Source of the DNA: Bacteroidales bacterium
Lineage (GTDB): Bacteria; Bacteroidota; Bacteroidia; Bacteroidales; UBA932
DNA: 64,000 bases
Direction: 5' to 3'
Assembly: GCA_028724885.1 (NCBI GenBank)
Contig: JAQYTJ010000024.1
Span: 2,748-66,747 of the forward strand
Shown here: one piece after another, positions 50,155 through 59,844 of the stretch
Numbering within the stretch: the stretch's first letter is position 1
Layout: each line of letters starts with the position of its first letter
The notes under the pieces: model-generated
Told to the model about the DNA's origin: nothing
The model's database searches: none
What the model saw: the letters and a program-made list of their open reading frames with translations, nothing else
Translations under genes and position numbers: made by a program

Positions 50155-51033
50155 TTAATAATATAATTCATTCTTCGACAGCCTCAGGAGCTTCCCTACC
50201 ACGAAGTAGGTGCTAATGAAGCATATTAATATTCCGGCTGCCACTACTATTCCAAGCACAATGAGCAGGAGGTCCAGCGAGAATATGCTGAATAGCTGCT
50301 CAAATTCATTCCTGATGAAGAACAATATGCCCACCAGCAGAATAATCGCAATGAGAGCGGAGAACAAGCCCTGGAAAACCGACTGCACTAGGAACGGCCC
50401 TCTGATGAAAGACTTAGACGCTCCCACGAGCTGCATGGCGTGAATGGTAAATCGCTTCGAGAAGACGTTTAGACGCACTGTATTATTTATAAGCACGAAC
50501 GAGATGAACAGGAGCAGCAGTATGAAAACTCCCAGAATCAGCGAAACCTTCTGCAGATTAGTGTTCAGTTTTTCCACCAGAGATTGCTGGTACACTACAT
50601 CATCCACCATCGGAGACTTCATAATCTTTTTCTCCACCAGCTTCAGGCTGTCGGCTGAAACGTAGTCGGCCTTTAGGGTAACGTCTATGGAAACTGGGAT
50701 TGGCGTGGATTCGAACACGTCAAGGAAATCCTCCCCCAACATATCCACCATCTCCTTCGCACCCTGGGCCTTCGAGATGAAACGTGTTTCTCTGACGAAT
50801 GGCATGCTGTCCAGCTGCTGCTGGAACTTTCCTGCTTCATCTTCACCCACCTCCTGCATCATCATAACCGAAACCTGCATGTTTTCCTTAAAATAATCGG
50901 ATACATTCTTCGCATTCACAAGAAGCAGGCTGGCGATGCCAACGAGCAGCAGCACTAGGCTGATACTTATCACCGTGGATATCCATGCGCCAGCAAGCCT
51001 ACGCCGAATTATTTTATTCTCACCTTCTGCCAT
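50155..51033 (-). CDS. ftsX: Permease-like cell division protein FtsX
   Basis: 4-TM topology, INNTVRLNVFSKRFTIHAMQLVGA..FIRGPF; ATG 51033 preferred. Confidence 0.92.
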   Translation of the reverse strand: MAEGENKIIRRRLAGAWISTVISISLVLLLVGIASLLLVNAKNVSDYFKENMQVSVMMMQEVGEDEAGKFQQQLDSMPFVRETRFISKAQGAKEMVDMLGEDFLDVFESTPIPVSIDVTLKADYVSADSLKLVEKKIMKSPMVDDVVYQQSLVEKLNTNLQKVSLILGVFILLLLFISFVLINNTVRLNVFSKRFTIHAMQLVGASKSFIRGPFLVQSVFQGLFSALIAIILLVGILFFIRNEFEQLFSIFSLDLLLIVLGIVVAAGILICFISTYFVVGKLLRLSKNELYY

Positions 51034-51062
51034 GATAGCATTCGAACACTCTATATTAGGTT

Positions 51063-51108
51063 CAAAGATAGTGAAATATAAAAATATCAAAAAAAATTCT
51101 TATCTTTG
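51063..51108. promoter_or_regulatory. Divergent promoter pair ftsX / GT5-like operon
   Basis: TATCTTTG on minus (51063-51070) and on plus (51101-51108). Confidence 0.65.
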
Positions 51109-51149
51109 TATACTTAGAGAGGCTTCCCTCTAGAAACCAGTTATTAATC

Positions 51150-51968
51150 ATGGGTGATTCCTTAAAAAGAGTATTGTTTGTTAATTCTGAAACGGTTCCT
51201 TTCCTTCCTGAGACACCTATCGCCAAGATAGGGCGTTATCTTCCTCAGGGCATCCAGGATCGCAAAAAAGAGATTCGGACATTCATGCCTAGATATGGGT
51301 GCATAAACGAAAGAAAGAACCAGCTTCACGAAGTAATACGTCTTTCCGGAATGAATATCATCATAGGGGATGTAGACAGGCAGCTGGTAATTAAGGTAGC
51401 GTCCATCACAGCAGCGAGAATACAGGTCTATTTCATCGACAACGACGACTACTTCAAGAGAAAGCAGCTCACCTACGATGCTAACGGAAAGTTTTTTGAA
51501 GACAACAGCCAGAGGGCTATTTTCTTCGCTCGCGGCGTGCTGGAGACGGTGAAAAAGCTTCGCTGGGCTCCGGACATCGTGCATTGCAGCGGATGGATTA
51601 CGTCTCTCGTACCGATGTACCTCAAGAAAGTTTATCATAGGGATCCTATATTCACGAATTGCAAGATTGTGTCTTCGCTATATGGCGAGATCAATAAAGA
51701 GACATTCGCCCCTGGTTTTGCAAATATGGTCAGAATCAATGGGATAAAGACTTCCGATGTGCCTTTCAAGGATCCGGTAAGTGGCATAAATCTTGCGGAA
51801 TTGGCGGCTTTGTATTCTGACGGCGTCATTTTCAGCTCAAAAGACGTAGACAAGCAGACTGAGGACTATTGCAAGAAACTCAAGATCCCCGTTCTGCAAT
51901 ACGACGAGAAACTTTTTGAGGATGACAGCTACATCGACGAATACGACAAGTTTTACGAACAGTTGTAG
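51150..51968 (+). CDS. Glycogen/starch synthase-like protein, N-terminal GT5 domain only
   Basis: IRTFMPRYG, YFIDNDDYF, PDIVHC..W; only 272 aa and lacks the KxGGL motif. Confidence 0.8.
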   Translation: MGDSLKRVLFVNSETVPFLPETPIAKIGRYLPQGIQDRKKEIRTFMPRYGCINERKNQLHEVIRLSGMNIIIGDVDRQLVIKVASITAARIQVYFIDNDDYFKRKQLTYDANGKFFEDNSQRAIFFARGVLETVKKLRWAPDIVHCSGWITSLVPMYLKKVYHRDPIFTNCKIVSSLYGEINKETFAPGFANMVRINGIKTSDVPFKDPVSGINLAELAALYSDGVIFSSKDVDKQTEDYCKKLKIPVLQYDEKLFEDDSYIDEYDKFYEQL

Positions 51969-51971
51969 ACA

Positions 51972-53570
51972 ATGAAGAAAATCCTATTCGCAGCAGTGGT
52001 GCTGTCATGCACTCTGTCATGCACGAATGTAGATAAAACACTTGCAGGCGACTTCATCGCCACGAATGAGAAATACGATATCTACGAGGCCGAGTTCGAC
52101 CTAAGCGAGATATACAGCATGCCGATCGACAGCCTAACGGCATATTCCTCTAGAAGAATGAATTTGGGTTCCATAAGGGATGACACGTATGGCTTATTCA
52201 AAAGAGGCTGCGCAGTCACGTTGGTGCCAGTGCTAGACTCCATTGATTTCGGTACTGACCCTGTCTTCGAGAGGATGCGCTTCCAGGTTTGCTTGGATTC
52301 CATTTCCGTTGAAGATGAGTCGCAAAAGAACATATTGCAATACGTAAATGTCTATCCTCTTACGAAAGCCCTTGACTCTACTTCTTATGCATCCAGATCG
52401 AATATAGAATATTCAAATACCAGAATTTCCAGGAATGTTCCTGTCCTTAACGGCACCGATTCCCTCATATTCTATTTCACTGAAGACTTTGGGAAGAAAT
52501 TCCTAACCATGACGAACGACGACTTGAAGAATTTCGATGAGTACCATAAAAAATTTCCTGGAATATATCTTACCACGAACGATCCCTCTGGTAATGGAGG
52601 AAGACTCAACATGTTTAAATTCAACATATTGGAGACATCTTCATCATACGGAACTTATAGAACCGACAACTATGCCGTGCTATACTATAACGCCGATTTC
52701 AACGGGGAAAGAAGGGATACGATGCTGATGTTCTATTTCAGCCCGCTAAACTTCCAGAATCTTGACTCGCTGATCAACCATCACAGCCTCCCATCGCAGT
52801 ACGTCCTGAATCTTGACAGCCACGAGACAGACGGGATCGGCGGACGGGCGGATGACAAGCTGTACATAGAGGGAGGAAGCGGACTGAAGCCAGTCATTCC
52901 GGCCAGCGAGATAAAATCTCTCGTGCGGAATGACATATTGAAGAATGGAGGCGATCCTCTCACTACCGTGATCACGAAGGCAACGATAAAGCTCCCGTTC
53001 GATTTTCCTGATGATTACACGACCATGTTTCGCTTCCCTGCGGAACTGAGCCCTACTGTTCGAATCAGCCGACAAGGCAAAGTGACTTTCGCAGGACTTA
53101 CAGATGCGAGCGTGTCAACAGAAAACCAAGGAATCATAAACCGGTCTCTTTGCGAATACGCCCCAGACATTACCCATCATGTACAGGGGATAATCCGCAC
53201 CTCGGACACTACGAATCTTCACAACTATGATGTCTGGATGCTGAATATGGCCAAAGAGAAAAATACCACAACAAACTCGCAAGCCCAAGAATTAAGCGAC
53301 CACTATAACCAGATGGCCTACTATTCCTACTACAATGACATGTATGGGGGCTATGGTTATGGAGGCTATGGCGGTAGTTACGGAAGCTATTACAGCAACT
53401 ACTACAATTACATGATGATGGCCGCATACGCCAACCTGTCTTCCACCACGACTTCATACAGTTACGAGCTGGACAAGGACCGTTATTACAAGGCAGTGCT
53501 AAGAGGGCCTAACTCCACTACAGGACCTACCCCGAAGCTGAAAGTCATTTACGCCATACCGAAGAAATAG
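51972..53570 (+). CDS. DUF4270-like lipoprotein with Tyr/Gly-rich insert
   Basis: Lipobox TLSC; 3 bp after the GT5-like gene (usual pairing); C-terminal PKLKVIYA. Confidence 0.72.
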   Translation: MKKILFAAVVLSCTLSCTNVDKTLAGDFIATNEKYDIYEAEFDLSEIYSMPIDSLTAYSSRRMNLGSIRDDTYGLFKRGCAVTLVPVLDSIDFGTDPVFERMRFQVCLDSISVEDESQKNILQYVNVYPLTKALDSTSYASRSNIEYSNTRISRNVPVLNGTDSLIFYFTEDFGKKFLTMTNDDLKNFDEYHKKFPGIYLTTNDPSGNGGRLNMFKFNILETSSSYGTYRTDNYAVLYYNADFNGERRDTMLMFYFSPLNFQNLDSLINHHSLPSQYVLNLDSHETDGIGGRADDKLYIEGGSGLKPVIPASEIKSLVRNDILKNGGDPLTTVITKATIKLPFDFPDDYTTMFRFPAELSPTVRISRQGKVTFAGLTDASVSTENQGIINRSLCEYAPDITHHVQGIIRTSDTTNLHNYDVWMLNMAKEKNTTTNSQAQELSDHYNQMAYYSYYNDMYGGYGYGGYGGSYGSYYSNYYNYMMMAAYANLSSTTTSYSYELDKDRYYKAVLRGPNSTTGPTPKLKVIYAIPKK

Positions 53571-53783
53571 ACTGGCGCTTCATAGCGGCATCCATGCAAA
53601 TTTATGATCCGTGGGGCCATTTTCGTTCGGCAAACTCTCGATGATAGACGAACAAAACCAATGAAGCCTTTGTATGGATGAACGTCATAGTATGTCCTTG
53701 GAATTAGATCAAGGCCCTGTCTCTCAACATCTCTTATGTCTACAAGCCTATTCCCAAGAGCCACCGTTTTCGCAAATCCTTTT

Positions 53784-55036
53784 CCTGTTTTCGTCACTCA
53801 CGTCGTCCTTAAAAATTCATCCATTGATTATCAATGATTAAAGGGGTGCGAATTTGTAAATTTGGGTGCCTCGGGGTATCTTTGCGCCATGTTCGTGCGC
53901 AGGAAGACCAACCGCTCGGGGAGCATAAGCGTCCACGTGGTGGACAAGAGTGGTGGTGGCTATAAAGTCATCAAGACCTTTGGCACGGCATCGACGGCGT
54001 ATGAGGCCGACCTGCTGGAGAACAAGGCACGCCAGTATATCCGGGAGCGGACAGGCCAGTTGGAAAGCCTGTTCGGAGATCCGAGCGAGGATGTCCTGAA
54101 CGAATTCCTTGCCGGTTTGCTGGTAACCACGGGAGGCAACCCCATAGGATATGAAATCTACGAGGGCAATATCTTTGAAGGGCACACATTGATCCCAGTA
54201 ATCGAGAAACTGGCATCGACGCATGGGCTCTCTCACCCCATCGTGATAGCCGATGCCGGCCTGCTGTCCAAGGACAACGTCAGGAACTTAGAGGAGCAGG
54301 GGTACAAATATATCCTTGGTGCGAGGCCCAAAAATGAGAGCGGGGCCATTCGGGCGAAAATTCTGGGGCTCCACATGAAAGACGGGGACGTGTTCGTCAT
54401 AGATAAGGCCAAGGGCGTGAAACTGGTCGTTTCCAAGACCGAGAAACGGGCCGTGAAGGATGCCCGCAACCGAGAGAAAGGCCTGGCCCGGCTTGAAAAG
54501 AAGGTCGCCAAAGGCCGATTAACCAAGTCGAGCATCAACAACCGCGGATACAACACATATCTGAAGATGGAGGGTGACGTCACCATATCCATCGGCATGG
54601 ACAAGTTCAATGCGGATGCGGCGTGGGACGGCATCAAGGCCTACATGACGAATACAACCCTGAACAAGGAGGAAGTAATCGCGAACTACGGTAATCTATG
54701 GTACATTGAGCGTGCCTTCAGGATGAACAAGAGCGACTTGAGGGTCAGGCCAATCTGCCACCGCCTCCGTAACCGCATCGAAGGGCACATCTGCATCTGC
54801 TTTAACGCATACGCCGTATTGCTGGAACTTGAGCGCATACTCAAGGCAACCGGGTCACCTCTGACTCTCGCACGAGTCAGGGAGGCCGTCAAGACAATGT
54901 GCCGCCTGAACTACGTGTCACCAAACACGCGCAAGCCGATGTCCGTCCTGCTCCAGATGGACGCCGAGCAGAAGCAGGTCTACGACCTCATCTACCCGCC
55001 CGAATAAAATCTGGGTGCCTCATTGACGAAAACAGG
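53784..55036 (+). mobile_element. IS1634-family element, internally deleted
   Basis: Perfect terminal IRs CCTGTTTTCGTCA (53784-53796) / TGACGAAAACAGG (55024-55036); subterminal TGGGTGCCTC at 53863 and 55012. Confidence 0.85.
53889..55007 (+). pseudogene. IS1634 transposase with in-frame internal deletion
   Basis: MFVRRKTNRSGS start; PIGYEIYEGN..EGHT, IADAGLLS, IERAFR..KSDL..RP..HR..NRIEGHICICF; the FYDxTTLYFE segment is absent. Confidence 0.8.
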
Positions 55037-55057
55037 AAAAAACTTTTCCTCATATCG

Positions 55058-55097
55058 AAAAGACCGGAGAAAAGCCATGATACGGCTTCCTCCGGTC
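55058..55097 (-). terminator. Terminator of the pilus operon
   Basis: Minus strand GACCGGAGGAAGCC-GTATCAT-GGCTTTTCTCCGGTC-TTTT. Confidence 0.8.
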
Positions 55098-55143
55098 ACA
55101 CCTGCAAAACTGGGAAATTCCTTCCCCAATCCCCGGGACCAGA

Positions 55144-58100
55144 CTATTCAAGGTCCCTCACGCAACGCACGTATCCCTTCCTGTTATTCACAAGCCTGTC
55201 ATTGTCACCCGCCCACTGGGTATCCACGGTCGTGACCCATCGGAGATAACCATGGAGATACATCTGGTAGCCGGCACTGAACGATCTTGCCCCGTTCATG
55301 CTACGCTTGGAAAATCCCGTCCGAGAATGGAGAACTTCAGATTCTACTACTCCCAGAGAAGGAAGGTCATTACCGAATTCGTAAACCTCCTTTTTCTCAG
55401 GGTTATGCCAGTCGAACAGGCTCCCGCACATGATGATCAATTCCACCTCGTTGGGCACCCGCCAGGTTCCCAGGTCGCTCTTGTCCGCCTCCTGGTAATA
55501 ATAGGCACACGGGCTGTTTCCCTGTTCGATGTCCGCCATCAGCGTGCTCCAATCCTGTAAGTAATACTCGCTCTTCCTGTCAGGATTATTCAAATCCTTG
55601 GGCTGATCTATCTTATTGGCGATATACTTGGCCACCTCAAACCCGTTCTTGTAAATGGTGTTGCTCTGGGAGCCCTCATCATGCGCGGGCAACTCGTAAA
55701 TGGCTCTTACTCTACGCGTCATGCTGTATGGCAGGTTATCTGCCCTAAAGACCAGATATTCCTCTTTCGTCCTGTTATTGACAAGAGACTTGTTCAGTTC
55801 CTTGCCCAACTCCTCGATGTGATAGCTTTCTTCCCCAGACTCCAGCATCCCCAGATCCCTGATCAACCTCACTTCCGAGTAGGGGGTGCGGTCCCCGGGT
55901 GAGTTCCCTTTCTTGTAATAATCAAAGTTTGCGATGGGAGTCACGCTGCGGGACTCCAAGATACAAATATAGGGGTTGGAAGAGTATAAAGAAAGGTTTG
56001 TACTTCCCATAAAGGCTCTTGACATATAAAATGCCGTGGCGTTGTCCGAGGGGGCGTGCCCGTGCAGCCTGGAATGTAACGGCAACGCCCGTTCCCCCAC
56101 GATAAGCATACCGCTCTCGCTCACCGAAGGAATATACCACTTCATCTCGGCGGCCTGCATCCGGCCATCACGGTTATCATCCCGGTTCCGTAAAAACGGG
56201 GTGAAACAGGCATATTCGGCGTGGTAATTCTTGGCTGCCAAATTATAATGGTCTCTGCTGAGAGTCAGCTTCGCGTTGTCCACCTTCGTCATGACCTGCC
56301 ATAACTGGTCTTGTTTACTTCTTCTCATCGGGTCAATCATGACCTCTTGACTGAAGTCGCCCGACCTTGCCATCACCTTCCAGGTATTCGACCAGCCGTT
56401 GGATGTATATTTATTATAAAAAGCATCCGGTTCTCCCGGAGCCTTCACCATAAAGTCCAGGTCCGGTGTCTCGTTCACGTTTTCCACCCCCCAGACACGC
56501 ATGCCTTCGGGTCCCTCCGTAAACACCGTCTTGATGGACATCTGACGGATGGAAACGACAGCCTGGTGATAACGTGACTGCCCGTCGGGGGAGATTTCAT
56601 GCGACGTGTTCACCAGCAGGTCGAAAGTCCGATCCGGGGCGTTGGCAAAGGTTTTCCACAAGTTCTTGTCCTCGGGGGCGCCATCCTGCATGGGGTTCCG
56701 CTCGTAGAAATACTCGTTGGCGTAAACCGTCACCTTGCAAAGCCCCGTGGAGGCATTAAATACATAATCGGGCTCTTTGACAAGTCGGTAAAGAAACTGT
56801 TCCAGCGAAAGCAGATGCGCCCCCGTGTTGGAGTAATATTCCATGGTTTCGTTTCCATTGTCAGACAGGGTGCTCGGGTGGATGAAGAACGCGAGCCAAC
56901 CAGTGTCTGCCTTCTTCTCCCCTGAAGGAACGTATCCGTTTTCCTTCAGCTGTTCCAGCTCCGCCCTCGTGTAAGAGACTATCTTGTCACAGAACGGGGT
57001 GCGTATGGCAAAGGAGATCATCGCGTCGTCCTTCAAACTGCCATCCGGACTGAAGATGGCAAGATCGTCCTTGTTGAAACGCATCAGGCCCTGTTCATAA
57101 TGGCAGTCAAAACTGAAGGAGCGGTGAGCGTCATATACAAGGCCTTCCACCCCGGGAGCGGGCTCCTCTTCCCGGTCCTTGTCGGACATCGCCTCCACTA
57201 CCAGGTCGTTCATCCCCTTGATCGTCACGTTATAGGTATAGTGCACGTTACGTTCTATATCATAATCGTTGACCGGATCATTCTCCGCCGTGTATCCCAG
57301 GTAAATGCGGTAGGTCACCCTCCCGAAACGCTCCGTTGAGACTTCACCGGTTGTCATATCCTGGCGTAACTCACCCGTGAACTCGATGTAGGGAGCCAGA
57401 TCCGGAGCGTATTCTGTAGCTCCGTTCTGCACGTTCGGCTTCTCCGTAGCATCAGGAACGGGAGACTTCACTTGTTTCTGCCGCAGGTCATACCCCTTCC
57501 TCTCCGCATTGTAACCGGGAGAGGCGGGAGTTATCATTTTTTTTGCCAATTTCCGGTTCTCCGGAAGGTAAAACGTAGTAGTAGTAGTAGTAGCGTCGCC
57601 CTCGAACTGGAATAATTCGGACAACCAGTACGAATCCATCTCCATACCGCCGGCATCCCAAGGAGCCCCGGCATCACTGCCCTTGACATGCTCGGTGACA
57701 AAGGTCGAAGCCGGCACATTACCGACTCTCCATGTCCCGGGCACGAACGTGAGCCCCTCCCTGGTTTTCAGGTTGACCGTGATTTTCGCCTCCGCACGTT
57801 TCAGGGAGACCTCGAGGCGCCTGGTGTCGGGACTGATCTCCTCCGTCTTGGTAACTGACATCAGCAGGTTCCCGTTCGGTCGGAACAGGGTACGGGCGGT
57901 CATCTCCGCCTTGACCCTCTGAATGTCCGAAAGGGACGACACGCCAGCCAAGATCCCGGGCTCTACCTGAAACAGCCCGTCACCATCCGATTTATAGTTC
58001 GCCAGCAGGACCAGCGTCTTCTCTCCCGAGGTAATGGGGATGTTTTTCAGCAATCCCATGCTCGTGGGTGCATCCGTGTCCTTCTCGCCGGTTGCCGTTT

Positions 58101-58395
58101 CCAAGGCAGCAGCGGCCTGATAAAGCTCCGCACGGGGATACTCCCGGGAGAACTCCACGCCGCCGCGGGAATCGAAAACCCACAGGTAAAGGTCGTATAT
58201 CTTTCTCTCCTCGCCTTCCGGCAGGCCCGAACGTGTCTTGGCCCTGTTGGCTGCCGTACCCACGCTGATGTCTACCGTCGTGGGCACGCCTTCCGGGACA
58301 CCGCTGCCCCGAAGCAGCTCCTCGTCCGTACAGCAGGTAAGAACGGGCAGTAACAAAAGAATGAAACAAGTTATTTTCAGCCTATATGCTTTCAT
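55144..58395 (-). CDS. Type V pilus large tip adhesin lipoprotein (DUF4906-like) with C-terminal lectin-like domain
   Basis: Lipobox LTCC-TDEE, maturation site AKTR|SG, pilin-like LKRAEAKIT, FYLPEN, RNVHYTYNVTIKG; ends WRVPNEVEL...GYVRCVRDLE. Confidence 0.8.
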   Translation of the reverse strand: MKAYRLKITCFILLLLPVLTCCTDEELLRGSGVPEGVPTTVDISVGTAANRAKTRSGLPEGEERKIYDLYLWVFDSRGGVEFSREYPRAELYQAAAALETATGEKDTDAPTSMGLLKNIPITSGEKTLVLLANYKSDGDGLFQVEPGILAGVSSLSDIQRVKAEMTARTLFRPNGNLLMSVTKTEEISPDTRRLEVSLKRAEAKITVNLKTREGLTFVPGTWRVGNVPASTFVTEHVKGSDAGAPWDAGGMEMDSYWLSELFQFEGDATTTTTTFYLPENRKLAKKMITPASPGYNAERKGYDLRQKQVKSPVPDATEKPNVQNGATEYAPDLAPYIEFTGELRQDMTTGEVSTERFGRVTYRIYLGYTAENDPVNDYDIERNVHYTYNVTIKGMNDLVVEAMSDKDREEEPAPGVEGLVYDAHRSFSFDCHYEQGLMRFNKDDLAIFSPDGSLKDDAMISFAIRTPFCDKIVSYTRAELEQLKENGYVPSGEKKADTGWLAFFIHPSTLSDNGNETMEYYSNTGAHLLSLEQFLYRLVKEPDYVFNASTGLCKVTVYANEYFYERNPMQDGAPEDKNLWKTFANAPDRTFDLLVNTSHEISPDGQSRYHQAVVSIRQMSIKTVFTEGPEGMRVWGVENVNETPDLDFMVKAPGEPDAFYNKYTSNGWSNTWKVMARSGDFSQEVMIDPMRRSKQDQLWQVMTKVDNAKLTLSRDHYNLAAKNYHAEYACFTPFLRNRDDNRDGRMQAAEMKWYIPSVSESGMLIVGERALPLHSRLHGHAPSDNATAFYMSRAFMGSTNLSLYSSNPYICILESRSVTPIANFDYYKKGNSPGDRTPYSEVRLIRDLGMLESGEESYHIEELGKELNKSLVNNRTKEEYLVFRADNLPYSMTRRVRAIYELPAHDEGSQSNTIYKNGFEVAKYIANKIDQPKDLNNPDRKSEYYLQDWSTLMADIEQGNSPCAYYYQEADKSDLGTWRVPNEVELIIMCGSLFDWHNPEKKEVYEFGNDLPSLGVVESEVLHSRTGFSKRSMNGARSFSAGYQMYLHGYLRWVTTVDTQWAGDNDRLVNNRKGYVRCVRDLE

Positions 58396-58431
58396 ATATA
58401 ATAAAAATTTATAATGACAAAATCGTGAACA

Positions 58432-59844
58432 TCACTGAAAAGGAGGGAACTCCACATCCTTCAGCTCCCAGGATTCGACCCGGTAGATAATCTCTCTGTC
58501 CGCGGCTTCCGGCAAGACTATGAATACCTTATAATCCCGGTTCGGGTAAATGGGGCCGGAATACACCCCGGGAGAACTTTCCTCGCCAATGTCAAGCAAA
58601 AAGGTCCTTGTCCTGGTCTGTGAGATGTTTCCTCCTGTATAATACTCCACTGTCAGCTGTATCTTCGGGTGAGGGTGTCCTTCCTGCCAGGAATTGGCTT
58701 CCGGAATATACGGGGCCAGGTACTGGGGAAGGAAGAACTGCTCGTATTTTTTGGCGTCCATTTCCGTATAGTCAATCCATCCGCCGGCATTGAGGGGGGC
58801 CTCGTAGATGGTCAGTTGCGCTTCATTTTTTATTCCATAGGAATACGTGCCAGTATGCTCCGTGTTCTTTCCCGTTCCCGGGGTGGATCCTGCAAGCTGG
58901 CCGCCGTCCGAGTCATTCTCCCTGAAAGAAGGAGACATCAGTACCGGAAAGTTCAAAAAGGCAATCCTTTTATAATTATAAATGATCTGCTCAAAGGGGG
59001 CAATGCTTGCGATGTATATTCTGACACGGGAGAAATCACGGAACAGCGGGATTGTGATATCCTGCACCTGCTCCCCGGAAGCGGGCTGGACGGCCGTGGA
59101 CAGCTTTCCCGAAAGCATGCCCATATGCAACCTGTTGGATATTCCGGGAGCGTCATCCCAAGAGATATTGGAAGTTGTCGTCCAATCTATAATCTTCTCA
59201 TCCGACGGGGAAGGAGTCACACCATCGTACGGGTTGTCCACCGGAATGCCGAGACTGCCGTCATCCTGCTCCCTGATGATGGCAGGGAATGCGGCTTCGA
59301 CAATATCCTCCCTGTCCACCTCCTCCATGCCTTCCCCGAGGAAGTCCCATGGAACTGCGTTCTGCAGGATTCCTCCGGGCGTATAATAGGGCAGGTCCTT
59401 TCCTGTCTGGTTGGGGGCATAGAAAGCATAGAATTCACTCTCGCCTTTGGGGATGCGTATCTTGGTTTGATATTCCCCCTCCGCGTTGCCCGAACTGAAA
59501 GGAAGCAGGCGACTGTACACATACCGGTTCTGCTCCTTGTTGAAAACCATAAGTGCTATTCTGGGCTGTGCGGGGGCTTGGGGAAACAGTGTGCCGGTTT
59601 TATACCAGTTGGCCGGATCGGAGGAATAAAGGTCCAGCATCTCACTTCCCCCGGCTGTTACGCCACGGGTTGACAGGTTCAGCCTGACGGTCACGTCATC
59701 CTCTCCGGAAAGCCGTTCCGGGATATCTTCTTCGTTCCGGCATCCTGTCAGGGCAAGGAAAAAGAGCGGCAACAGCGTCATCACAAAGTTCCTCAAGGCC
59801 CTTACCGTGCGAGTATATTTAGTATCTTTCAGCATAATATTCAT
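58432..59844 (-). CDS. Type V pilus ancillary pilin (Mfa3/4-like) lipoprotein
   Basis: Lipobox LTGC-RNEED, LSTR|G site, LFRDFSRVR, C-terminal YRVESWELKDVEF strand; ATG overlaps the upstream TGA. Confidence 0.78.
   Translation of the reverse strand: MNIMLKDTKYTRTVRALRNFVMTLLPLFFLALTGCRNEEDIPERLSGEDDVTVRLNLSTRGVTAGGSEMLDLYSSDPANWYKTGTLFPQAPAQPRIALMVFNKEQNRYVYSRLLPFSSGNAEGEYQTKIRIPKGESEFYAFYAPNQTGKDLPYYTPGGILQNAVPWDFLGEGMEEVDREDIVEAAFPAIIREQDDGSLGIPVDNPYDGVTPSPSDEKIIDWTTTSNISWDDAPGISNRLHMGMLSGKLSTAVQPASGEQVQDITIPLFRDFSRVRIYIASIAPFEQIIYNYKRIAFLNFPVLMSPSFRENDSDGGQLAGSTPGTGKNTEHTGTYSYGIKNEAQLTIYEAPLNAGGWIDYTEMDAKKYEQFFLPQYLAPYIPEANSWQEGHPHPKIQLTVEYYTGGNISQTRTRTFLLDIGEESSPGVYSGPIYPNRDYKVFIVLPEAADREIIYRVESWELKDVEFPPFQ

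Noticed and set aside
53571-55143. DGR template repeat or reverse transcriptase next to the tip adhesin
   Set aside because: No second copy of the adhesin 3' end and no RT motifs (e.g. YxDD in RT context) found in the window.
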